IMG/VR virus record: IMGVR_UViG_3300036766_000094
Coordinates: 1 to 53,162 of that record
Source: a virus
Taxonomy: Duplodnaviria; Caudoviricetes
Reading direction: 5' to 3' (one strand)
DNA length: 53,162 nucleotides
The notes beneath the pieces are model-generated. The model was not told the DNA's origin, did no database searches, and saw only the letters and a program-made list of their open reading frames with translations. How positions within the stretch are numbered: position 1 is the stretch's first letter; each line of letters starts with the position of its first letter. Position numbers and translations under genes: made by a program. Shown piece after piece: positions 1 to 7,651 of this stretch.

Positions 1-5
1 CCATT

Positions 6-782
6 TCATATTTTAATTTCCTCTAACTCACCCCATCTAGTACCGATTTCTACAGACACAGGAATTGTAAAAGTCTCTCCATTTATAACCAACGGACGTT
101 TCAAATACTTAATGGCGCTTTCTATATAGTCATCACGCATAGAAGGATGAATATCAACAATACAGCTATCATGAGATTGATTGATAATCATACATTTATC
201 GTGCCAATCTCTCCAAATGCATTTCAATCCGCCTTCTATTCCTAATTGGTCTTGAACCATCCCACCAAAATGGTCAGCTACGGTGCTTTGTGGAATGTGA
301 GCTGTTGCTTCCTTAAATAATTCTGTGCCCCATTGTGCAAAGAATGTCCGAACGCGGCCATATGGTGTGGTAATTGTACGTGTTACACTTAATGTTTCTT
401 CAATTTCTGCCCACCAAGATTGCAAGTCATAACGTTTCAACCACATATCACGAAACATATTAGCGGTCTTAATTGCCATCTGAGTAATACCCATATCTAC
501 AGCATCTTTATTGTATACTTGCATAAATCTAGGAGCAGTCATTCTGTATGCGAATGCGTGGTTGCAACGTTTAGCTGTATATCTTTCTAATTTAGATATG
601 GACTCTCTTGGACGGTCATAAAATACTACTGCTGTGTCATAATGAATGTCGCTGAATTGTAACGATTGTTTCATATTAAGTTCACGCGCACAATAAGCCA
701 CGACCCAAGATTCTGCTTGAGATAAGTCTGATTGGATGAGAATATTACCTGGACTTGCAGTTATAAATGATCTAATCTTCAC
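6..782 (-). CDS. polA: DNA polymerase family A, C-terminal catalytic (palm/fingers) half
   Basis: Motif A QSDLSQAE, motif B RYTAKRCNHAFAY, TPYGRVR, motif C QSHDS. GTG start overlaps the TGA of the upstream ORF. Confidence 0.93.
   Translation of the reverse strand: MKIRSFITASPGNILIQSDLSQAESWVVAYCARELNMKQSLQFSDIHYDTAVVFYDRPRESISKLERYTAKRCNHAFAYRMTAPRFMQVYNKDAVDMGITQMAIKTANMFRDMWLKRYDLQSWWAEIEETLSVTRTITTPYGRVRTFFAQWGTELFKEATAHIPQSTVADHFGGMVQDQLGIEGGLKCIWRDWHDKCMIINQSHDSCIVDIHPSMRDDYIESAIKYLKRPLVINGETFTIPVSVEIGTRWGELEEIKI
16..43. repeat. 28-bp direct repeat shared with the window end (53135-53162); circularisation overlap
   Basis: ATTTCCTCTAACTCACCCCATCTAGTAC is identical at both ends. Confidence 0.95.
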
Positions 783-1039
783 ACTTTATTCTCATCTAAT
801 TTGTGATCCCCACACCAATCACTTACAAATACTGCTGGATAACCACTCATTGTTGGAGCATGACGACGACAACGGCCAAGATTTTGAATTATGTGTTCAT
901 TATCTTTAGTAGGCTCAATCTTAGAGACCAATTTCTCTTTTAACACAAACCACATACAACAAGCACAACTCATCATTTCACTTCTGTGTCTCCAAGGATC
1001 GTTCATTATCAGGCTCCAGTTTAATTTGAACTTTGTCAA
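779..1039 (-). CDS. small Cys-rich phage protein, probably metal-binding; true start may be the later Met of MNDPW
   Basis: CxxC...GRCRR.AP...WCG pattern; coupled to the pol C-half. Confidence 0.65.
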   Translation of the reverse strand: MTKFKLNWSLIMNDPWRHRSEMMSCACCMWFVLKEKLVSKIEPTKDNEHIIQNLGRCRRHAPTMSGYPAVFVSDWCGDHKLDENKV

Positions 1040-1994
1040 ATAACCACTTCAACTTACTTCTCCTGTTAGAATCTTCACAATATAATTGTGCTTGAGATTT
1101 AGCTTCATGACATAATGTTAAATATTGTTCTGATGGTAGGCTTTTAATTCTGTCAACACATTGTTCGACAGTCTGTCCAATTATAGAATTGTCAACAGTA
1201 ATTAAATAATCGCGAATTGTTGCGTATTGTAGAAACCGTTCTAGAAATATACACGGAACTCCCAGTAACATAGATTGTAATACAGTTTGCGCCCAAGTTT
1301 CTGGACGTTTAAAGCTAAGTGTAAATAAGGAATCAACCATTTCATCTTGCACTTTATCTTGAGCCAACCAACCATCTGGACAATTGTAGCCAAATTGAGG
1401 GATTTTACAACGCATTCTATTTTCGAATCTGGAAAATTCAAATCGCTCATCATAAAAGCGTTCGTCTTGGTAATTATTTACGTAGCTTTTAATGAAATTA
1501 CAGCTTTCGTACGAATTATATGCATCCTTAAACATTGCGAAAAGCCTAGAAGCCGCTCGTTCCTCGCGGGGAGCACGAAACATTAACGGTTTTGAGAAGT
1601 AAAGAATTTTATATTTGGCTGTTGTTTTCCTGTAATAATTCAAATCATGTGCGATAATGAAATCAGAACCATTTATATCGAATACACTAATTGACTCAGA
1701 TTGGACCGGCATGAATATTAATGTATCTTGTTTATCTCTCTCTTCATATAGAGTCATTAATGGTTTATACAATTGGTCACAATTGATAATGATAGCCATT
1801 GGTGGCATTTGCATGAATACTTCTTTATCAACTGGTACTACTCGCGACTTACTAAAGTGCTCATCATTAGGAGCGAAGAAATTGCTATTATAAAAATCCG
1901 TCTTTGGCATTAAAACTTCTAAACCTATTGAGCGTAAATCATCTACAAGGCAATGGTTCACAGCGATGTGGTAGTTTGTGACGAAAACTTTCAT
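978..1994 (-). CDS. putative GT-B glycosyltransferase
   Basis: N-terminal beta-alpha start MKVFVTNYH and C-terminal ETWAQTVLQSMLLGVPCI resembling the GT-B E-x-G-x3-EAM-x2-GVP motif; near an epimerase. Confidence 0.6.
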   Translation of the reverse strand: MKVFVTNYHIAVNHCLVDDLRSIGLEVLMPKTDFYNSNFFAPNDEHFSKSRVVPVDKEVFMQMPPMAIIINCDQLYKPLMTLYEERDKQDTLIFMPVQSESISVFDINGSDFIIAHDLNYYRKTTAKYKILYFSKPLMFRAPREERAASRLFAMFKDAYNSYESCNFIKSYVNNYQDERFYDERFEFSRFENRMRCKIPQFGYNCPDGWLAQDKVQDEMVDSLFTLSFKRPETWAQTVLQSMLLGVPCIFLERFLQYATIRDYLITVDNSIIGQTVEQCVDRIKSLPSEQYLTLCHEAKSQAQLYCEDSNRRSKLKWLFDKVQIKLEPDNERSLETQK

Positions 1995-1997
1995 TTT

Positions 1998-2138
1998 TTA
2001 TTCGTTTCCTCCAGGGCCGCCAGTACCCGAGCGGCCTTGCGAGAACTCGCGCCACGTCAGCCAGCGCGTTGAGCGCCACCGCAAACCCAGGACGCAGGCC
2101 AGTACGACGACAATCAGCCAACGGATCGTCAGACTCAT
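1998..2138 (-). CDS. 46-aa small membrane protein (not in ORF track)
   Basis: MSLTIRWLIVVVLACVLGLRW..., GGAGG upstream, stop 3 nt before the next start; inside a GC-rich island. Confidence 0.5.
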   Translation of the reverse strand: MSLTIRWLIVVVLACVLGLRWRSTRWLTWREFSQGRSGTGGPGGNE

Positions 2139-2166
2139 GCTACATGCCCTCCCCGCTCAGTGCGGT

Positions 2167-2349
2167 TCATCGGGACGCTTCCCGCCGAATGCGAAGAAAC
2201 TCCTCCATCTCAGATTCCAGCCACGTGGACGCCCGTGTGCCATCATCACCGTGCTCCATATATTCGTGCCGACCCCGAAGCGTCGGCGTGACGGAGAACC
2301 ATTTCCTCACCAATGCAACGGCACGCGGCGGGTCACAGCACGCGCACAA
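2167..2349 (-). CDS. hypothetical protein in GC-rich island
   Basis: Co-oriented ORF packed between neighbours. Confidence 0.4.
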   Translation of the reverse strand: MCACCDPPRAVALVRKWFSVTPTLRGRHEYMEHGDDGTRASTWLESEMEEFLRIRREASR

Positions 2350-2680
2350 GCCATCCTCCCGCAGAAAACTCCCGTAACTCCCAAGCCAAGCGAGCCCACC
2401 GCAAATACTTCTGCTGAGTCTCGTAGGATGATTCGTCCCACGGTCCCCAATGCAGTTTGGCGGCGAACTTGTCCTCCGCCTCGTTGATCTGCCGTCTCCG
2501 GTCGGCCATGTACATGCGTTCCGCCAACTGTTCGGCGGTGCCGATGTCCGCTGGTGCGGTCTGCGCCTGCTCGGCCTCGCGGACCAGCAATTCGACGGCA
2601 GCGCGTAATGGCGCTATGTCAGACTGGCTCAACGCCACCAACGGCACCAACCGCATGATTTCCTCGCCCCGCGCGCTCAT
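2333..2680 (-). CDS. hypothetical protein in GC-rich island
   Basis: ATGA overlap with the epimerase stop; GC-rich codon usage. Confidence 0.6.
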   Translation of the reverse strand: MSARGEEIMRLVPLVALSQSDIAPLRAAVELLVREAEQAQTAPADIGTAEQLAERMYMADRRRQINEAEDKFAAKLHWGPWDESSYETQQKYLRWARLAWELREFSAGGWLVRVL

Positions 2681-3567
2681 CGTTCAATCTCCATATGTCT
2701 CTTATAATAGAAAATTGTATTATCTAATCCATATTTCCAACCAGCCATATCTGTATAACAAGAATTCATAGCAACAACAACTGACCTTTCATGTTCGCCG
2801 GCGCGCATTGGAACCTCAACAATATCTCCTCGTCCAATACGTTCAATAATGTCATTAGCGATGTCCCAAACTCTCAATCCAATACCAGAACCAACTTCAA
2901 TTGGATTTGGGAATTTTATTCCACTGGCTACTCGTTCCAGTGTTTCAACTAACATACGTGCCACATCAACCACATAAATCAAATCCATTGTTCCACAATT
3001 ATCTACGCCACCATAGACAGTAATTGTTTGGTTACGTAATGCTTGATTAATAAATGTGGGGACTATCTTCTTGATTTTACCCCATTTTTGTCTGGGACCA
3101 TAAGCATTAAATGCTCTAACGACCGCGATAGGAGTATCGAAATTGTGTTGATACATCAAAGCATAACGTTCAGCAGCAGTTTTAGATATGCTATATGTGT
3201 TGTTCTCAAAATGATTACCAACTCCAATAATTACACAAGGAATCTTAAAGTTATTGACAGCATTCAAAATGCTTAATGTTCCATTAACATTAACATCATT
3301 TGTTAGTTTTGCTTGGGATATATTCTCAGAAGTACCTAACAATCCAGCTAAATGGATGACTCCATCTACTGTTTGAACAGCACTATAAATTGCTGCTTCG
3401 TCACGAATGTCGCAAACGAAACAGTTACATTCATCTAAATATTCAGTTTCATCAGTTCGTGCTATTCGTCTTACTGTTGTAGTTACTTCAATACCTAATG
3501 ATAACAATTTCTCAATTACATACCCTGCGATAAATCCTGTGCCGCCTGTTACCAATACACGTTTCAT
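2677..3567 (-). CDS. NAD-dependent NDP-sugar epimerase/dehydratase (extended SDR)
   Basis: TGGTGFIA Rossmann motif, VIHLAG, YSISK (YxxxK), RAFNAYGP, DLIYVVD. Confidence 0.93.
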   Translation of the reverse strand: MKRVLVTGGTGFIAGYVIEKLLSLGIEVTTTVRRIARTDETEYLDECNCFVCDIRDEAAIYSAVQTVDGVIHLAGLLGTSENISQAKLTNDVNVNGTLSILNAVNNFKIPCVIIGVGNHFENNTYSISKTAAERYALMYQHNFDTPIAVVRAFNAYGPRQKWGKIKKIVPTFINQALRNQTITVYGGVDNCGTMDLIYVVDVARMLVETLERVASGIKFPNPIEVGSGIGLRVWDIANDIIERIGRGDIVEVPMRAGEHERSVVVAMNSCYTDMAGWKYGLDNTIFYYKRHMEIER

Positions 3568-3752
3568 TGTGTTTGTCTCCTTAGTTCATTTACTATTTCA
3601 GAACGTGTCATTAGACTAATTGGTTTAATTCTTAACCAATATGGAAGTTCATTAGGAGCTAAATCAAATATATTTTCTCCAAACCAACAGCCGGGTGCAT
3701 ATCTGTGCTTACCATGAACAAAATCATTATAACCATTACCGTGATTCATCAT
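3564..3752 (-). CDS. hypothetical protein
   Basis: Starts 2 nt after the pol N-half stop; ATGA overlap with the epimerase. Confidence 0.6.
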   Translation of the reverse strand: MMNHGNGYNDFVHGKHRYAPGCWFGENIFDLAPNELPYWLRIKPISLMTRSEIVNELRRQTQ

Positions 3753-3754
3753 AA

Positions 3755-5419
3755 TTATATCTCGCCACGGGGAACCGTCTGACTATTAAAGCCGCTTCCA
3801 TCTACATACTTCTCCGCAGCCCATCTTCCAGTCTCAGGACCGGCTACTTTATATGTGGAGCGGATTCTATTGTCAGTAGAAATTTTACAGTTTAGATAAG
3901 ACGAACGTAGTTTCTCTTTTTCATTCAAGCGCATAATTAATGTTATTATTGCTAACTTCAGTCGCCATTCTTGCTTCTTCTCTTCAGTTTTGTATTCGAT
4001 TATTTTGTTATTACATAGGCTTAGTAAACTTACCAAAGCATCTTCATCGACTGTAATTCCACCTTCATGGTTCTTTCGCGCGGGTAATTCTAAGAACTCA
4101 TACAGGATTTCTATTTTCTGGTTGCGGGTTACAGCACTCTTCTGAATTTTCTTATGTGAGGAAACCAAAAATCCATTTGTTAGCGAATCTAACATTTCAC
4201 TATTCTTAGCTATAGATTCATTGACGCTATTTCTCATTAATGTTAATCGTTCATTATCAACCCTCATGCCACTTCTCATAATATGGTGTGCAACTGGTAA
4301 CATTGACAATTCAAATTCAAAGACTTTCTTCCAATTTGGAACTCTATTAATTAGTGGTTCTTGAGCACGTTTGATTTCTAAAGTACAACAAACATCTTTA
4401 ATGTTGTATTGCCATAAGGCTTTTCTATCTATCTTGTCTGACCAAGATTTTCCATCTTCATCATCAGCTCGTCCTTCAAACTTGTAATAAGGTTCGCGGG
4501 TGTAGATTGAGGTTAAGAATGCTAAGCTTTTAGGTAGCTCTGGGAACATAGCGTGGGCAGCTATTAATGTGTCCCAAGCATAGTTATTGACACTAAATCC
4601 ATGCATTGCTAAAAAGTTAACATCATGTGTTCCGAATTGAAATATCTTTGGGATATTTGATTCTAATAAACGTTTCAAGCAACTCATTGTATGAGAGCTA
4701 TTGTCCCATACTATACAATATCCGGCGTTTGGTTCAGCGCTAAATCCAACACAAGCTAAATAAGGACCAAAGTTTTCTATGTCTACAGAGAGTTCAGATG
4801 ACTGCAATAATCGTTCAGTAACTTCCTCTAACAATAATGTATTCTTATCAACTATAACGAATTCTCTTTGTGGTAAGTTGAATTCGTTGAATAGACTATC
4901 ACTCGCAATACGGCGCAAATCATAATCAAATATTGGATATAAAGTTGCATCTCTAACGACGGCGCTTGGATGGTACGTTGGAATAATTTTGACATCTTCT
5001 AAATCCTTCCACGCTGATCTTATTATAGAAGAACGCCAATTGCGTATAGATGGCTTTGGTGGATTTACTAAATACTTTAAGGGGTTGACTCCTAATGGGA
5101 CGACCACCATTGGTTTAGTTTTTCGATTAGCAAAGTATGTCTCCAGCTCTTTAATTCCTTCAGATAAATACGTTGTAGATTCAATAGCAGCAAACTCATT
5201 TCCAGTGGGTTGATAGTGGCATAGGTTCGCCAGACGCACATCTTGCCTTCTAATTCCATTTCGTAAGAGGACAGATTCAAGTTTTTGTCCACTATCACCC
5301 ACAAATGGCCGCTTTTGTTCTCTTTCATTAGTTCCTGGACTTTCTCCAATAAATACAATTGAAGCTTCTTCTGGGCCTTCGTCTGGGACGTATGTGTCTG
5401 AGACGATTGGGCTATTCAT
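3755..5419 (-). CDS. polA: DNA polymerase family A N-terminal half: family-4-like uracil-DNA glycosylase domain + 3'-5' exonuclease + thumb
   Basis: UDG motifs FIGESPG, RPFVGDSG, TYHPSA; Exo I VDIE and Exo III YNIKD; ends with ETGRW...NSQTVPR, equivalent to TGRLSS..NLQNIPR. Confidence 0.92.
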   Translation of the reverse strand: MNSPIVSDTYVPDEGPEEASIVFIGESPGTNEREQKRPFVGDSGQKLESVLLRNGIRRQDVRLANLCHYQPTGNEFAAIESTTYLSEGIKELETYFANRKTKPMVVVPLGVNPLKYLVNPPKPSIRNWRSSIIRSAWKDLEDVKIIPTYHPSAVVRDATLYPIFDYDLRRIASDSLFNEFNLPQREFVIVDKNTLLLEEVTERLLQSSELSVDIENFGPYLACVGFSAEPNAGYCIVWDNSSHTMSCLKRLLESNIPKIFQFGTHDVNFLAMHGFSVNNYAWDTLIAAHAMFPELPKSLAFLTSIYTREPYYKFEGRADDEDGKSWSDKIDRKALWQYNIKDVCCTLEIKRAQEPLINRVPNWKKVFEFELSMLPVAHHIMRSGMRVDNERLTLMRNSVNESIAKNSEMLDSLTNGFLVSSHKKIQKSAVTRNQKIEILYEFLELPARKNHEGGITVDEDALVSLLSLCNNKIIEYKTEEKKQEWRLKLAIITLIMRLNEKEKLRSSYLNCKISTDNRIRSTYKVAGPETGRWAAEKYVDGSGFNSQTVPRGEI

Positions 5420-5588
5420 GTTCTTCGTCTGTAGGAGATTCTACTACGAAAACCAATTTCATAAGCCAATATATTAACATAAATTTCGGTTCACGCTCTT
5501 GTATTAAGAAACTATCTGGTATTGTTAGTATATAATGCGTACATTTATTAACAGCGTCTGTCTCACGTGAAATAGTTGGACTATTCAT
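5412..5588 (-). CDS. 58-aa hypothetical protein (not in ORF track)
   Basis: MNSPTISRETD...EEHE; overlaps the start/stop of both neighbours. Confidence 0.55.
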   Translation of the reverse strand: MNSPTISRETDAVNKCTHYILTIPDSFLIQEREPKFMLIYWLMKLVFVVESPTDEEHE

Positions 5589-5707
5589 TTTTGTAGTAAG
5601 CGTTTTGCAAGTTCATAATCACCAATATGTGCATATTCGCAATAAGCTAGATTTAACAATAGTATTGCCATTTCTTTAAATTGGCCTCTTGTATAAATAC
5701 TATTCAC
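5585..5707 (-). CDS. 40-aa hypothetical protein (not in ORF track)
   Basis: GTG start overlaps the groES end and TGA overlaps the next ATG; fills the gap exactly. Confidence 0.5.
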   Translation of the reverse strand: MNSIYTRGQFKEMAILLLNLAYCEYAHIGDYELAKRLLQK

Positions 5708-6137
5708 TTGCATACAATTCAGCACTACTGGGCTTATGTTCTTTGATTGTTAATTGCCTAAACCAATCAGTTTCCATTGCAGCTTTTGTAATCAGTTGTA
5801 TTGCGAATTCATATGTACAAGGCCAATAGTGTTTTGATTTATCTAAGAAATACAAACCAGGAATTTCATACGAACTAGTCTCAATAATAGCAGATATGAA
5901 CTTTTCTGGAATGATAATAACTAAACCTTCATCTTCCAGCTTCATTAATGTTCCACTATAAGCTGTGAAGATAACGTGGTTGCCGGGTTTGACTAATTCG
6001 ACCTTTGGACCTATATATTTCACAATACCTTGATTAACTCTTGAGCGTGCGGATTCGGGGATGTATATGCCACCCTTTGTTTGGTCGGGGAAGAACATTG
6101 GTTCGCATACTATCATATCACTTAAGGCTCTTAGCAT
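5700..6137 (-). CDS. groES: GroES-like co-chaperonin with C-terminal extension
   Basis: LRALSDMIV, TKGGIYIPESA mobile loop, GIVKYIGP, VKPGNHVIF..YSG. Confidence 0.88.
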   Translation of the reverse strand: MLRALSDMIVCEPMFFPDQTKGGIYIPESARSRVNQGIVKYIGPKVELVKPGNHVIFTAYSGTLMKLEDEGLVIIIPEKFISAIIETSSYEIPGLYFLDKSKHYWPCTYEFAIQLITKAAMETDWFRQLTIKEHKPSSAELYASE

Positions 6138-6307
6138 TATCTATATTTCCACTCTATGATTGTTAATCCTGACCATACAGTAAAACCAAGAACAATGAAT
6201 ATAATACCAAAAGTCTCTACAAATTTATCGTGTATGGCTGAACCTATAATTACGGCTGATATTCCAAATACACAACACATTATTAAGAATGTCCGTTTTG
6301 GGTTCAT
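6137..6307 (-). CDS. 56-aa two-TM membrane protein (not in ORF track)
   Basis: MNPKRTFLIMCCVFGISAVIIG...FGIIFIVLGFTVW; TAATG overlaps on both sides. Confidence 0.6.
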   Translation of the reverse strand: MNPKRTFLIMCCVFGISAVIIGSAIHDKFVETFGIIFIVLGFTVWSGLTIIEWKYR

Positions 6308-6672
6308 TATTTACTCCAATCCACATTTCTAATGTTGAACACTTGCTTAAGTGCAAATTCACAGTGAATACATGGTTTGGCTAATGCTATTACTCCATTA
6401 GTTCTAATTCTATGGACATAAATATCTAAAGTGCGTACTTTCTTATCGAAATAAGTATGATTAATAGCATTTCTGGCCGCGTCTATTTCAGCATGGAGAT
6501 AGGGCCATTTACTATTTGCCTGCTGAAGCGGATGAGTTTTCATACTAGCTATTCCAACGCCAAAAACATACCGCTTATTATACATAATAGCCACAACCCG
6601 CTGATTACGAACGGGTTTTATCTTTAACGCTAAATTGTGTGCCAGACGAATTATTGACGATGGGGTTTTCAT
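6307..6672 (-). CDS. zinc-dependent cytidine/dCMP deaminase-fold protein
   Basis: HAE and PCxxC motifs. Confidence 0.85.
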   Translation of the reverse strand: MKTPSSIIRLAHNLALKIKPVRNQRVVAIMYNKRYVFGVGIASMKTHPLQQANSKWPYLHAEIDAARNAINHTYFDKKVRTLDIYVHRIRTNGVIALAKPCIHCEFALKQVFNIRNVDWSK

Positions 6673-6887
6673 TTCAATATCCCACCAGGTGCATTATATC
6701 TAGCGTGCAATTCTTCCCAAACATCCGGCCAAGCTTCTTGTAATTTTTCGAGATTGTCGGAGTCAGCTTTACGCATTAAAGCCATAACTAATGCGTAAAA
6801 ACTGTAGTCTTTTAATGTTATTTCTCGACTTTCTTTGTACTCATAAAGATATCTTCCTTTGTCAATTTGATTGGATATACTGTCCAT
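6669..6887 (-). CDS. hypothetical phage protein
   Basis: GGAG RBS, ATGA overlap with the deaminase. Confidence 0.7.
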   Translation of the reverse strand: MDSISNQIDKGRYLYEYKESREITLKDYSFYALVMALMRKADSDNLEKLQEAWPDVWEELHARYNAPGGILK

Positions 6888-6915
6888 AATAACTCTCCAT
6901 AAAAAGTAAGAAGTT

Positions 6916-7030
6916 GCGAGCTAACAAGACGAGTCCGGTGTCCGGTCCCCGAAATTTCTCTATTGGACCAGGCTCGGGGTTGGCGGCCTGAATGAGGCTT
7001 CGCGATAGCTCAGTTCGTCTGTTAGCTCGC
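6916..7030 (-). ncRNA. putative structured RNA closed by a 16-bp stem
   Basis: GCGAGCTAACAGACGA pairs with TCGTCT(T)GTTAGCTCGC; internal helices CTGGTCC/GGACCGG and CTGAG/TTCAG; GC-rich intergenic. Confidence 0.65.
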
Positions 7031-7033
7031 CAA

Positions 7034-7127
7034 TATATCGGGTGAGAGTCGAACTCACAATTCACTATTTATTAGAATCGCCATACTAATAAATAGCACT
7101 CCTATCCAATTAGAGTAATCCGATATA
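7034..7127 (-). ncRNA. tRNA-like RNA with a 12-bp extended stem in place of the anticodon arm
   Basis: Acceptor TATATCGG/CCGATATA, D-loop AATTGGAT, T-arm GTGAG-TTCGACT-CTCAC, central GCTATTTATTAG/CTAATAAATAGT. Confidence 0.75.
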
Positions 7128-7135
7128 CCAATCAG

Positions 7136-7633
7136 TTAAGCTGTAACCGGCTGTGGATTGCTAAACTTCTGTTGTGGATTGCCGTTCGTATCAACTTGAA
7201 TATCAGTCTCAAGAGATACCAAACGACCCTTTGCTTTCATCCAAGTTTCACCACAAGCGCCAGTCTCAAAATCAATTGACCAGCCAATTCCTGCGAACGT
7301 CTTGTTGAAATCGTTCTCGGAATTCATATCCCGAGGATTGTAACCAAGAGCCGCCATCAGGAACTGCTTGGTAAATCCAACGGAACCTTCTGTGTGAACC
7401 ATTCCGTTGTAAATCTGGCGCTGGTCCCTGTGTGTTGGGTCAATACATTTCAGACCGAAATAAATACCAAGCACCTTCTCTTCTGGAAACTTCGGCGCTC
7501 CGCTTGCGTCTTTCTTAGTTCTGCTGTAACCCTTCACACTTGTAACCTCAAAAGTGCGACGACCCTTCTCGAATGACCCCAATGCGACTTGAACTGCTGT
7601 TGGGTCAAAATTAAAGATTGCTGCCTCAGTCAT
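7136..7633 (-). CDS. putative single-stranded DNA-binding protein (DUF669-like OB fold)
   Basis: Size, beta-rich pattern and position after the exonuclease and AAA ATPase; AAGGAG RBS. Confidence 0.55.
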   Translation of the reverse strand: MTEAAIFNFDPTAVQVALGSFEKGRRTFEVTSVKGYSRTKKDASGAPKFPEEKVLGIYFGLKCIDPTHRDQRQIYNGMVHTEGSVGFTKQFLMAALGYNPRDMNSENDFNKTFAGIGWSIDFETGACGETWMKAKGRLVSLETDIQVDTNGNPQQKFSNPQPVTA

Positions 7634-7651
7634 AAAAACTCCTTAAATGGG

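Noticed and set aside
1978-2771. Plus-strand ORFs of 169, 102 and 104 aa
   Set aside because: Antisense shadows caused by stop-codon scarcity in the GC-rich island.
783-3754. Group I intron or split intein interrupting the polymerase
   Set aside because: No catalytic core or intein terminal residues seen; the gap is filled with coupled genes and the C-half has its own start.
6862-7065. 67-aa ORF
   Set aside because: It runs through the tRNA mimic and the structured RNA; better explained as non-coding.
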